DNA of 64,000 bases, from contig JANQLB010000053.1 of NCBI GenBank assembly GCA_028280805.1, positions 1,372 through 65,371 on the forward strand, written 5' to 3'. The notes beneath the pieces were generated by a model. It worked only from the letters and a program-made list of their open reading frames with translations. It searched no databases and was not told the DNA's origin. Numbering within the stretch: the first letter of the stretch is position 1; each line of letters begins with the position of its first letter. Made by a program: the position numbers and the translations under genes. Source of the stretch: Tissierellales bacterium (lineage in GTDB: Bacteria; Bacillota; Clostridia; Tissierellales; VENL01). Below are positions 9,754-18,193 of this stretch, in pieces.

Positions 9754-10769
9754 TTCTCCATACCCTTCCTTTCTCTTAATAAAAATAGGAAAAAAGGAAC
9801 TCCTAATAATGACATGACTATGCCTACAGGAATTTCTACCGGGTCAAAAACTAATCTTCCTACTGTATCACATAACATAACTATTGCTGCTCCTAATATT
9901 GCAGTAGCTGGAAATAAATATCTATAATCAGACCCAATTATTAATCTGGCTGTGTGAGGAACTATTAATCCAACAAAGCCCAGTAATCCTACCACACTTA
10001 CTGCACTTGCTGCAAGTAAAGCTGCAAATACAATAAACATTAACCTTGTCCTCTCTACATGTAAGCCTAACCCGGTTGCAATTTCATCCCCTAACATAAG
10101 TATATTTAATTTTTTTGGAAATAAGAATGTCAAAACTATTCCAAGGAGAGCATAAGGCCATAACATATTAAAATCCGGCCACGTCCTAGCAGAAAGCCCT
10201 CCAACCATAAAGCCCACAGCTCCTGCAACTTTATCAGGAAATAGAGTCATTAAGGAACTTATTCCAGCCCCCAAAAGTGAAGAAACAGCTACCCCTGCAA
10301 GAATTAATCTAGTAGGATTAACACCGTTTTTCCAAGCTAATATATAAATAAATAATGTCGCAGTTAATGCTCCAATAAATGCTCCCATTGGGACTAGATA
10401 GTAATAATTAGGAAATAGTATTAGTATAACATAAGCCATTAACCCAGCGCCTGACGAAACTCCAATTATATTTGGGGCAGCCAAAGGATTTCTCATGACT
10501 CCTTGAAGTATAGCACCTGAAATCGCTAAACAAATTCCTACAAGTGCAGCTACTAATGTTCTAGGTAGTCTTATATTCCATATAATCTGATGATTAACAG
10601 TATCTCTTTCAATAAATATAGCTCTAATAACTTTGTCAAAACTAATGTCCAGTGACCCTCTGCCTACACTTATAAAAAAGCTTATAATACAAACAGCTAA
10701 TAGAATAAAGATGATTATTATTTTTTTTGTATGTCCGATTCTATTTTTAGTCATATCCATTTTTCTCAT
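9750..10769 (-). CDS. FecCD/BtuC-family ABC permease
   Basis: 339 aa polytopic membrane protein with typical FecCD sequence (RLPRTLVAALVG, NIIGVSSGA). The exact start among the N-terminal Mets is uncertain. Confidence 0.85.
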   Translation of the reverse strand: MRKMDMTKNRIGHTKKIIIIFILLAVCIISFFISVGRGSLDISFDKVIRAIFIERDTVNHQIIWNIRLPRTLVAALVGICLAISGAILQGVMRNPLAAPNIIGVSSGAGLMAYVILILFPNYYYLVPMGAFIGALTATLFIYILAWKNGVNPTRLILAGVAVSSLLGAGISSLMTLFPDKVAGAVGFMVGGLSARTWPDFNMLWPYALLGIVLTFLFPKKLNILMLGDEIATGLGLHVERTRLMFIVFAALLAASAVSVVGLLGFVGLIVPHTARLIIGSDYRYLFPATAILGAAIVMLCDTVGRLVFDPVEIPVGIVMSLLGVPFFLFLLRERKGMEK

Positions 10770-10817
10770 CCTTTTATAGTATACATTGTAAAATACCTCT
10801 CCATGAAAGGAGAAGTA

Positions 10818-11876
10818 TTAGTTAAATATATCAGGGTATAATATCTTTGCTAATCCTAAGTATGCTTCATAGTATCTTGCATTTGGCTTGTAAAGATATA
10901 AGTCTTTTGGAAGGAAAATATATCTTCCTTCTTTAACAGCGGTTAAAGCACCCCACGCAGGATTTGATTCAACATCTTTTATAAGTTTATCTTTTATTTC
11001 ATCTACATCTCCCATAGTCTGAACAAGTATAAAATCCGGGTCTCTTTCTATAACTTTTTCCATGCTGAATATTTCCATTTCTTCATTGGTTAATTGTGCA
11101 TCATGAGCAATATTCTTAGCACCTAAATCATAAAGCATATCTCCTACAAAGGTGTTTTCAAGCTTAACACTTACATTTCTTGTTGATGTAAACATCAGTA
11201 AAACAGTTGGTTGTTTATCTTCAGGTACTTTATTAATTATTTCTTGTACTTTATCGCTAATATCTAATCCATTTTTAACGAATAAATCATCTCTCTCATT
11301 TAAAGCAGTAAAGATTTTAGTTACGTATAGGTATTGGTCAAAATTATCATATTCTATAGCTAAATATGGTATTTTATTCTGTTCTAGTATTGGAATAATC
11401 TCCGTCTGCCCTCTCATACCCGGTCTTATAATAACTAAATCAGGTTGCATTGATATGATTTTCTCCATATTAGGAGAAGTCATAGAACCTACTATTTCAG
11501 TATCCATAGCTTTTTCCGGAACTTTTGTCCTGCTTTCTATTCTTCCTATAACTTGTCCTCCAGCACCATACCATAAATCTAAGTATGAATTATATAGACA
11601 TACTACTTTTTGCGGATTCTTCTGTATTGTTACTTCTTTATCCATTCCATCAATAAATGTTACACTATCTTCGTTTATAATAACCTCATCAGCTAAAATA
11701 TTAAATTGATTTTTGTCATCCTGACCATTCTCTACATCGTCTTGATTATTTGTGTTTTCATTATTTACTTCGTTGTCCTGCCCTTGTAATACTTCATTAG
11801 ATTGATCTTGATTACAACCTGAAATTACACTTAAAATCATACATACAGTTATTGATATAACTAATATCTTTTTCAT
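10818..11876 (-). CDS. ABC substrate-binding lipoprotein, BtuF/FecB (class III PBP) type
   Basis: Lipobox LSVISGC is followed by an Asn/Gln/Asp-rich linker and then a periplasmic-binding-protein fold sequence. Start set at MKKIL; the ORF track starts at 11888. Confidence 0.8.
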   Translation of the reverse strand: MKKILVISITVCMILSVISGCNQDQSNEVLQGQDNEVNNENTNNQDDVENGQDDKNQFNILADEVIINEDSVTFIDGMDKEVTIQKNPQKVVCLYNSYLDLWYGAGGQVIGRIESRTKVPEKAMDTEIVGSMTSPNMEKIISMQPDLVIIRPGMRGQTEIIPILEQNKIPYLAIEYDNFDQYLYVTKIFTALNERDDLFVKNGLDISDKVQEIINKVPEDKQPTVLLMFTSTRNVSVKLENTFVGDMLYDLGAKNIAHDAQLTNEEMEIFSMEKVIERDPDFILVQTMGDVDEIKDKLIKDVESNPAWGALTAVKEGRYIFLPKDLYLYKPNARYYEAYLGLAKILYPDIFN

Positions 11877-11961
11877 AATTGTTACCATTCCTTTCTGTTT
11901 ATATTTAATATATCTATGCTATATAGTAAGTTCTAAATTTACTTTACTGAAAAAATATATA

Positions 11962-12306
11962 CTAATCTCTCATTTCTTTACTGACTTCATCTTGTTGTAT
12001 AATTTGATTTTTTAAAGCATATTTTATAAAATCTTTAGAAACATTTCTTCCTTTTGCTTTACTCCATCTTATAACTTTGATAACATACTCCTTTGTAATT
12101 GGCTTTGGGAAACTAATAGCATTACCGGGACATTTCCATTCACATCCATGACACCCATCTACACAATCTGCCGGATTTTTAACTATTATATTTTGATTAT
12201 TTTTTTCAAACACTCCTTTAGGACAGTAGTTATAACAGAAACCACAGTTTGTACACTTTTCATTATCTATCAGAGGATGCCATATACCTTCTAAAAATCC
12301 TTCCAT
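11962..12306 (-). CDS. small 2x[4Fe-4S] ferredoxin-domain protein with basic C-terminal tail
   Basis: CTNCGFCYNYCP and CVDGCHGCEWKCP cluster motifs in 114 aa. Sits between cbiK and the importer genes. Confidence 0.75.
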   Translation of the reverse strand: MEGFLEGIWHPLIDNEKCTNCGFCYNYCPKGVFEKNNQNIIVKNPADCVDGCHGCEWKCPGNAISFPKPITKEYVIKVIRWSKAKGRNVSKDFIKYALKNQIIQQDEVSKEMRD

Positions 12307-12335
12307 AAAATATAACCTCCTATTTACTGCTTTTG

Positions 12336-13112
12336 CTATTTAACTGCCATAGCATCTCTTATATGCTTTACATATATATCTTGATATTTGGGGTTTTCAC
12401 CTAAACCGTGCATATATACTTCTACTTCAAACCCTTCTTTCTGAAGTAAAGACTTCCAAGAATCTTTTTCTCCGGCTAAATCATTTTTAGCATGATCTCC
12501 TGCTACAAGCATAAAAGGCATTAAAACAACCTTTTTAATCTTTGCTTTTTTAAGTTTAGGTATTATATGTTCTATTTCCGGATAACCCTTGACAGTACCT
12601 ACATAGACATTTAAATTTTCATCATTGATTACATTTTGTAAACAAGAGTAACAAGCATTAGCAGGATGATAAGTTCCATGACCCATTAGTAATACAGCTT
12701 TATCTTGACTTAATTCTGGCAGCTGATGTTTTAGAGCATTTACAGCAATCTTGTAATCTTTAACAAGTGTTAATAACGGTCTTCCTAAAATTAATTTGTC
12801 AAATGAATTATCAAACTCTCTTACAGTTTCAACTATATCTCCATATTCTTTACCGGGAATTATATGTAAGGGTTGAACAATAACTTCATTAAACTTTTCA
12901 TCTCTCATTTTAATTAGAGCCTCGTGTGGAGTATCTACTATAATATTATCCCTTGACTTTAATTTGTTTATTATCATGTTTGATGTAAAGGCTCGTCTTA
13001 CATCAAACCAAAGAAACTCTTGTGCTATTTTTGTTTCTACACTTTCAATACAAGTTTTTCTAGTTTCTTCATAAGAAGTTCCAAAACTAACCACAAGTAT
13101 ACCTTTTTTCAT
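12336..13112 (-). CDS. cbiK: sirohydrochlorin cobaltochelatase
   Basis: CbiK-like sequence (KKGILVVSFGTSY, LLMGHGT). First gene after the cobalamin riboswitch. Start set at the second Met, behind AAAGGAAGAG; the ORF track starts at 13130. Confidence 0.88.
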   Translation of the reverse strand: MKKGILVVSFGTSYEETRKTCIESVETKIAQEFLWFDVRRAFTSNMIINKLKSRDNIIVDTPHEALIKMRDEKFNEVIVQPLHIIPGKEYGDIVETVREFDNSFDKLILGRPLLTLVKDYKIAVNALKHQLPELSQDKAVLLMGHGTYHPANACYSCLQNVINDENLNVYVGTVKGYPEIEHIIPKLKKAKIKKVVLMPFMLVAGDHAKNDLAGEKDSWKSLLQKEGFEVEVYMHGLGENPKYQDIYVKHIRDAMAVK

Positions 13113-13142
13113 CTTATCTCTTCCTTTCATATTTTATTTTAT

Positions 13143-13183
13143 ATAATAAAAAGCTCTGCCTTCTAAGAAAAGTCAGAGCTTTA
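13143..13183 (-). terminator. intrinsic terminator (expression platform of the cobalamin riboswitch)
   Basis: On the minus strand, AAAGCTCTGAC..loop..GGCAGAGCTTT is followed by TTTTTATTATAT. It lies about 30 nt upstream of the cbiK start. Confidence 0.7.
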
Positions 13184-13194
13184 GGATTATTATA

Positions 13195-13415
13195 TATAAA
13201 AATTTCTAACAGAAATTGATAAACTATTATCCTGCACTACACCTTTACTCGGAAGGTCGTATGCAAAACTATCAAGGCAGGTCTCCTGACTTGTGGATCA
13301 AAGCTTATTCTTTACCTTCCCAGTATAACCCAGTGGCATTAAAAAGAATAACTCCCCACTTACAGTGGCCGGACCGTTCGGGATTTTAACCCGATTCCCT
13401 ATTAATCTTTAAATT
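13195..13415 (-). promoter_or_regulatory. cobalamin (AdoCbl) riboswitch
   Basis: The minus strand reads AGGGAATCGGGTTAAAATCCCGAACGGTCCGGCCACTGTAAG, which is the conserved aptamer core. The B12 box AAGTCAGGAGACCTGCC lies at 13276-13291 as its complement. Boundaries are approximate. Confidence 0.9.
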
Positions 13416-13481
13416 TAATTTAAAGAACCTAGATAAGTCGCTTTATTAAATTGTTTTTTTATAACTTGTCTATCCATAATT

Positions 13482-13510
13482 ATTTTAACTTATTTTATTA
13501 ATAATATCAA
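13482..13510 (-). promoter_or_regulatory. putative sigma-A promoter of the riboswitch/cbi operon
   Basis: Minus strand TTGATA (13505-13510), a 17-nt spacer, then TAAAAT (13482-13487), about 65 nt upstream of the aptamer. Confidence 0.45.
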
Positions 13511-13553
13511 CAACTAAGAAATAAATAATAGTGTCAAGTTATTTTTAGAAAAT

Positions 13554-13640
13554 AAAGTAAGACTAAATTTAGTGTACACGTAGTCGTATTATCCATATAC
13601 TATATAATTCTTTACTCATCACTTAGAAGCAAGAATATTA
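13554..13640 (-). other. copy A of a conserved intergenic element (paralogue at 59385-59490); strand assignment tentative
   Basis: An 11/11 block plus a 48/60 block are identical to the ABC-F leader copy (hand alignment). Contains the conserved hairpin ATAGT..ACTA with loop ATATGGATAATACG. Confidence 0.5.
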
Positions 13641-13738
13641 AATTTGAGATTTATTTCTTCTTTGATAGTGTTTTTATCATATTTATTTCTCTGATTAATA
13701 TTTATAGAATTAACGACAGCTTTTAATGAGGTGATTAA

Positions 13739-15265
13739 TTGAAAAAAACAGAATTTCTTTGTGGAACTGTAATACTCGCTGCTTCCGCCTTGATTGTTAG
13801 ATTGATAAGTTTTACCTACGACATCACACTGTCTAGAGTAATCGGAGCAGAAGCAATAGGTCTTTTTTATATGATTAATCCCATTCTTATGATTTTTCTA
13901 ATGATTACTACAACCGGAATACCTACGGCTGTTTCTAGATTAACCGCTAAAGCTAAACTTAAAAATAACTACTATGAAGCAGTTATTACGATTAATACTG
14001 CTATTTCATTAACATTAATAATTTCATTTTTACTAATAATTGTTTTAATCTGTTTTTCTGAATATATAAGTTTTAGCCTATATGAAAACAAAGAAATTTT
14101 ATCATTAATATACTTCATTATTCCTGCTATACCTATATTGTCATTAACATCTGTATTAAGAGGATATTTATATGGTTTAAATAAAATGCTTAAAGCAGGT
14201 TTTTCAGAAATTATTGAGCATATTAGCCGTTTTGCTATAGTTATGCTTATTATCTGTTACTTTCAGCCTTTATCTCCATATAACTTATGTAAAGCTGCAA
14301 TACTTGGTATTAGTATAGGAGAGTTTATAGATTTGATATATTTAATATTTGTTTATAAAAATATTACAAAGAAAACAGAATTACGTATATACAAAAAAGT
14401 CCAAGTTAAATCAATACTTCTAAATATACTTTACATATCAGCACCTCTTACAATTTTAGGGTTTATAAACGTTGGTTCTCAATCATTAAGTGCAGTTTTA
14501 ATTCCGAGAAAGCTTATTGAAGCAGGTATTCATGAGTTGCAGGCTACTAAAATATTTGGAAGAGTTATGGGAATGGGATTACCCCTTGTGTACTTACCTT
14601 ACATTATTACGTCTGCAATCGTTATTAATATTATTCCTAATGTATCTAAACAGTTTCAATTAAAAGACTATAAGGACATTAAAAGTAATATTAATATATC
14701 TATTAGAGTAACAATGCTGGTAACTTTACCGATTATGGCTATTTACATTCTTTTTTCCGAGCCTCTTAGTGCTTTATTGTATGATGATGTCTATGCAGGA
14801 GAATACATAAGAATTATGGCATATAGTATGCCGTTTTTATCTATTCAACATATTTTTTCTGGAATACTTTGTGGAATAGGTAAACAAGTTAGAGCAACAT
14901 TAAATCGTGTATTAGGTATTAGTTTACAGATTATTTGTATAGCTTTACTTGTAAAAAATCCCGCATATGCTATAAACGGATATTTTTTAGGTTTTATAGC
15001 TTCTCCTATAGTTGTCTGCTTATTTGATATGACAATTTTACATAGATATTTACGTTCGTCTGTTGCTGACTTTGTGTTTTTATTTAAAATCTTAGCGGTT
15101 ACTTCTGTTACATTAATTTTTTCACTATTTTATTACAATCTGTTTGTAGATTATGGTATGCCTGCTAACAGCATCATGATTTTTACAATTTTAATTTATA
15201 TCTTTTTATATATATTTATACTTATTCTCTTAAAAGCAAATCCATTAAAATCTAAATTCCAATAA
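13739..15265 (+). CDS. spoVB: SpoVB-like MOP/MurJ-family flippase (stage V sporulation protein B family)
   Basis: 508 aa with about 14 TM segments. N-terminus FLCGTVILAASALIVRLISF..RVIGAEAIGLFYM and the SVLRGYLYG motif resemble B. subtilis SpoVB. TTG start behind GAGGTGA. Confidence 0.75.
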   Translation: MKKTEFLCGTVILAASALIVRLISFTYDITLSRVIGAEAIGLFYMINPILMIFLMITTTGIPTAVSRLTAKAKLKNNYYEAVITINTAISLTLIISFLLIIVLICFSEYISFSLYENKEILSLIYFIIPAIPILSLTSVLRGYLYGLNKMLKAGFSEIIEHISRFAIVMLIICYFQPLSPYNLCKAAILGISIGEFIDLIYLIFVYKNITKKTELRIYKKVQVKSILLNILYISAPLTILGFINVGSQSLSAVLIPRKLIEAGIHELQATKIFGRVMGMGLPLVYLPYIITSAIVINIIPNVSKQFQLKDYKDIKSNINISIRVTMLVTLPIMAIYILFSEPLSALLYDDVYAGEYIRIMAYSMPFLSIQHIFSGILCGIGKQVRATLNRVLGISLQIICIALLVKNPAYAINGYFLGFIASPIVVCLFDMTILHRYLRSSVADFVFLFKILAVTSVTLIFSLFYYNLFVDYGMPANSIMIFTILIYIFLYIFILILLKANPLKSKFQ

Positions 15266-15303
15266 AAACAATAAAAGTTTGATTGATTAGGTTTATTGTA
15301 ATT
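15253..15303. repeat. left direct repeat (DR-L) flanking the higher-GC insertion
   Basis: About 44/52 identical to 17133-17184. Includes the last codons and stop of the spoVB-like gene plus a degenerate copy of the terminator hairpin. Confidence 0.7.
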
Positions 15304-15463
15304 TAATTTTTCAGTAAAATTTCGGCATGTTTATAAAAAATATCCGAATAAATAACTGTTAAACAGCACTTTATTATAATCTAAATCTTAAGATTAAATA
15401 ATCTTAGGAGCTTAAGATAGGTTAAATAATCTTATATATAATATATTATCAGATTAAATGGTA

Positions 15464-15506
15464 ATAATACAAATAGGGAAAAGCCTCTAACTAAAGACTT
15501 TTCCCT
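15464..15506 (-). terminator. intrinsic terminator of the hydrolase gene
   Basis: Minus strand AGGGAAAAG..14-nt loop..CTTTTCCCT is followed by ATTTGTATTATT. Confidence 0.6.
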
Positions 15507-15633
15507 AATAAAACTTGAAACAATAAATTTAAATATGATTATACGCAAATTTGTAAAAAATATAACTCAATATCATAAATTATGTAAATTGTGATAAAGA
15601 ATTTACATTAAGGCACGAAGAAGGAATATAAGT

Positions 15634-16854
15634 TTATTCGCTCTTCTCTGCTAATTCTCCCTGCTCAATTAAGGAAATTAATCTCTTGGTCAATAGTATT
15701 ACTTGGTTCGTGTCTACCAAATCATCAGAATTATTTACCGTAATCGCAATTGCATAAACAGGTTCACCTTCATCTTTTTGAAGCAGATGGGTAAATTGGA
15801 GGACTCCAGGCTCTGAACCACCTTTATATCCTGCCATGTGCCATTTTGTCTTTTCCGCTAAGCCCGGATTGATACTTAATTCATCAGCCTCTTTGAGGGC
15901 ATAAATTACCTGACACAGTTCTTTCGTAGTAAAAAACCATTCTACGTCTTCAATTAAAGTAGGAGAAGACCAAATCGGCTGGTTTATATCCAGTTCGTAA
16001 TCTTTCAATTCATTAAGAATACGCCTTTTTTCAGCCACATCTCCATTGATATATTTTTCCTGCTGCTCCGGCTCCATACTAAGTTTAATCTTAAAGAACT
16101 CAACCGTTTTCAAAACAGGCTTCGTTACTTCCGGTACGTATTCTTCAACCTTTTCTCTGCCTAAATAATCCAATAAATGATCAGTTGCTGTATTGTCACT
16201 AAATGAGATCATTAAATTGGTCAATGTCTTAAGCGTAAGAGGTGTTTTTACCGGCCAATTTTGTATTATTCCGCCAGGGGCCTTATTCTCTTGATTGATG
16301 AAAAGCACACTATCCCATGAAAGATTGCCTGCCTCAACCTGATCGTAGACTGCTTGTAAAACATATAATTTAAAGGCAGAACCAACCGCCAACGGTTGAT
16401 CGGCATTATAGTCCAATAATATTTCGTCATTATCCTGGATAACACAAACCGAGGCAACACCTTCCATTTCCTCAAATTGTGCTAAAATGCTATCCAATGA
16501 ATCCTCAGTTAAAGTCCACATCCCAAAATATATTCCGTCGATCTGATTATCTTTATTTACTGATATTGCTATCGGGGCGTTTCCTTTTTCAAAGATAAGT
16601 GTATATCCCACCTCTGTAGTAGTTACTTCTTTTAAACGACCCAAATTACTTTTGTAACTATCCAGTATTCCAATTAAGTTTTCGGCTGGAACCTCTTGCA
16701 GAAATGAGGGCTCAAATAAATCTATGACCTGATTATCTTCCAGATTAAACAAGTCAAAAATTAGCCTTTCCTCAATATCTCCATCAGTCGCCAACACTGT
16801 TCCTGACAATACAATCATTAAAATTAAGGTTGTTAAAAATATTTTTTTAATCAT
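15634..16854 (-). CDS. secreted class-A beta-lactamase-fold serine hydrolase with N-terminal extra domain
   Basis: Has a signal peptide, an SxxK motif (GSAFK), an SDN motif (SFSDNTATD), and KGG in place of KTG (YKGGSEPG). 406 aa. Confidence 0.75.
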   Translation of the reverse strand: MIKKIFLTTLILMIVLSGTVLATDGDIEERLIFDLFNLEDNQVIDLFEPSFLQEVPAENLIGILDSYKSNLGRLKEVTTTEVGYTLIFEKGNAPIAISVNKDNQIDGIYFGMWTLTEDSLDSILAQFEEMEGVASVCVIQDNDEILLDYNADQPLAVGSAFKLYVLQAVYDQVEAGNLSWDSVLFINQENKAPGGIIQNWPVKTPLTLKTLTNLMISFSDNTATDHLLDYLGREKVEEYVPEVTKPVLKTVEFFKIKLSMEPEQQEKYINGDVAEKRRILNELKDYELDINQPIWSSPTLIEDVEWFFTTKELCQVIYALKEADELSINPGLAEKTKWHMAGYKGGSEPGVLQFTHLLQKDEGEPVYAIAITVNNSDDLVDTNQVILLTKRLISLIEQGELAEKSE

Positions 16855-17132
16855 GATTAACGCCTCCCCATTTAAATAAAAATTAACATCAAAATCTTTG
16901 TTTAATCTCTTCCTAATTACTATATTTTACTTATTGAAATCACCCTTCGTTATGAAGTCCTAGAACCACCCCCCCTCACTCAATATTGAAATTTAACTTC
17001 TAAAAATAACAGAATTTTCATCAAGCAAAAAGCTTCTATGGAGTGAAAGTTTATTTTTAGAATTTGATCATAATAATGATGTTATGATTCATGATAAATC
17101 ATTTTTTTATTTATCTAAAAAAGATAAAAGCT

Positions 17133-17184
17133 TAAATTCCAATAAAGCCAATCAAAGTTTGATTGATTGGCTTTTATCATAATT
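17133..17184. repeat. right direct repeat (DR-R); contains the intact bidirectional terminator downstream of cvfB
   Basis: It keeps the string aaattccaataa (KFQ-stop of the spoVB-like gene) although no gene ends here. This is followed by the perfect hairpin GCCAATCAA..TTGATTGGC (17147-17171) flanked by A/T runs. Confidence 0.7.
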
Positions 17185-17234
17185 CTCTTTATAGGTTTTA
17201 CTCTGATACTTGAATCATCTGTATATTTTTGTAT

Positions 17235-18077
17235 TTATTTGGGATTTATCTCAATTCCGGTTTTAGTTATTCTAATTATTTTATTTTTCAAAAGATTTCC
17301 TACAGCTCTCTTAAATGCACTTTTACTCATGTTTAATTCACTTTTTATCTTACTAGGTGAGCTGTTGTCATTTAAAGATATTCTGCCGCCTTTAATTTCT
17401 AATTCTTTTAAAATTTTCTGCACATCTTTATCTATCTGTTTATAAGCTTTTTTTCTAAGGCTTAAATCTAACTTTCCATCTTCTCTAACTTTATTTATTC
17501 TTGCCTCTGCTTTATCTCCATAGTTAAAGTCTTGGAATACTTCTTTTCTTGGTATTAATCCATGATATTTATTATCAACTGCTATAAAAACACCTAATTC
17601 CTTATTAAGATTGTATACTGTTCCCTTTACCCAGTCACCTTCTTTGTAAGGTGATTGACTGCTTAACATTTTATATACATCCATAGTTGCCGATAATCTA
17701 TTACTCTTGTCTATGTATAATCCTACCAGATATTTTCTTCCTTTTACTACTTTTCGTTTCTGTTCTTTAAAAGGTAAAAATAAATCTTTGTCTAAACCCC
17801 AATCCAAGAAAGCTCCAATCTTAGTAATATCAACAACTTGAAGAAGTTCTATTCTTCCTATAGTTATTTTTGGTGTTTTGACCGTAGCAATAGGTCTATC
17901 TTGAGAGTCGTTGTATACAAATACTTCAACTTCATCTCCAACTTTAATACCTTTCGGCACTTGTCCCTTTGGTAATAGCACATCATCATCCTTCTTTCCT
18001 TTTTTCTCGTTAAGAAAAGCACCGTTTGAAACTATTCTATCAATATATAATTTCTGTATTTCACCTAACCTAATCAT
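17235..18077 (-). CDS. cvfB: S1 RNA-binding-domain protein, CvfB/YitL family
   Basis: 280 aa with tandem S1-like repeats and a C-terminal winged helix. The sequence pattern GAFLDWGLDKDLFLPFKEQ is typical of CvfB/YitL. Confidence 0.8.
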   Translation of the reverse strand: MIRLGEIQKLYIDRIVSNGAFLNEKKGKKDDDVLLPKGQVPKGIKVGDEVEVFVYNDSQDRPIATVKTPKITIGRIELLQVVDITKIGAFLDWGLDKDLFLPFKEQKRKVVKGRKYLVGLYIDKSNRLSATMDVYKMLSSQSPYKEGDWVKGTVYNLNKELGVFIAVDNKYHGLIPRKEVFQDFNYGDKAEARINKVREDGKLDLSLRKKAYKQIDKDVQKILKELEIKGGRISLNDNSSPSKIKSELNMSKSAFKRAVGNLLKNKIIRITKTGIEINPK

Positions 18078-18193
18078 CCTATAACTTCATCTCCTATTTT
18101 TGTTTTGCTTTAAACCTATATCCATAGTATATTATACTTTACTGATTAAATATATATAAATCTTTATATTCTTATATGAATAATAATTCTTAT

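Larger units (their letters stand above)
15304..17132. mobile_element. putative horizontally acquired insertion (no mobility gene)
   Basis: Bounded by the ~51-nt direct repeats. The single gene inside has visibly higher G+C: 60-nt lines at 16261 and 16321 count 42% and 38%, versus 20% at 14041. Confidence 0.45.

Noticed and set aside
13569-13619. Calling the conserved MSKEL short ORFs (13569-13619 and 59395-59469, minus strand) as protein-coding genes.
   Set aside because: Neither has a Shine-Dalgarno sequence. The substitutions between the copies are not clearly biased to synonymous positions (about 3 of 8). The two ORFs end at different points. They are reported as part of an RNA or leader element instead.
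17167-17445. 92-aa plus-strand ORF spanning the right direct repeat and the 3' end of cvfB.
   Set aside because: It overlaps cvfB in antisense, starts inside the terminator hairpin, and has no SD and a purely hydrophobic low-complexity sequence.
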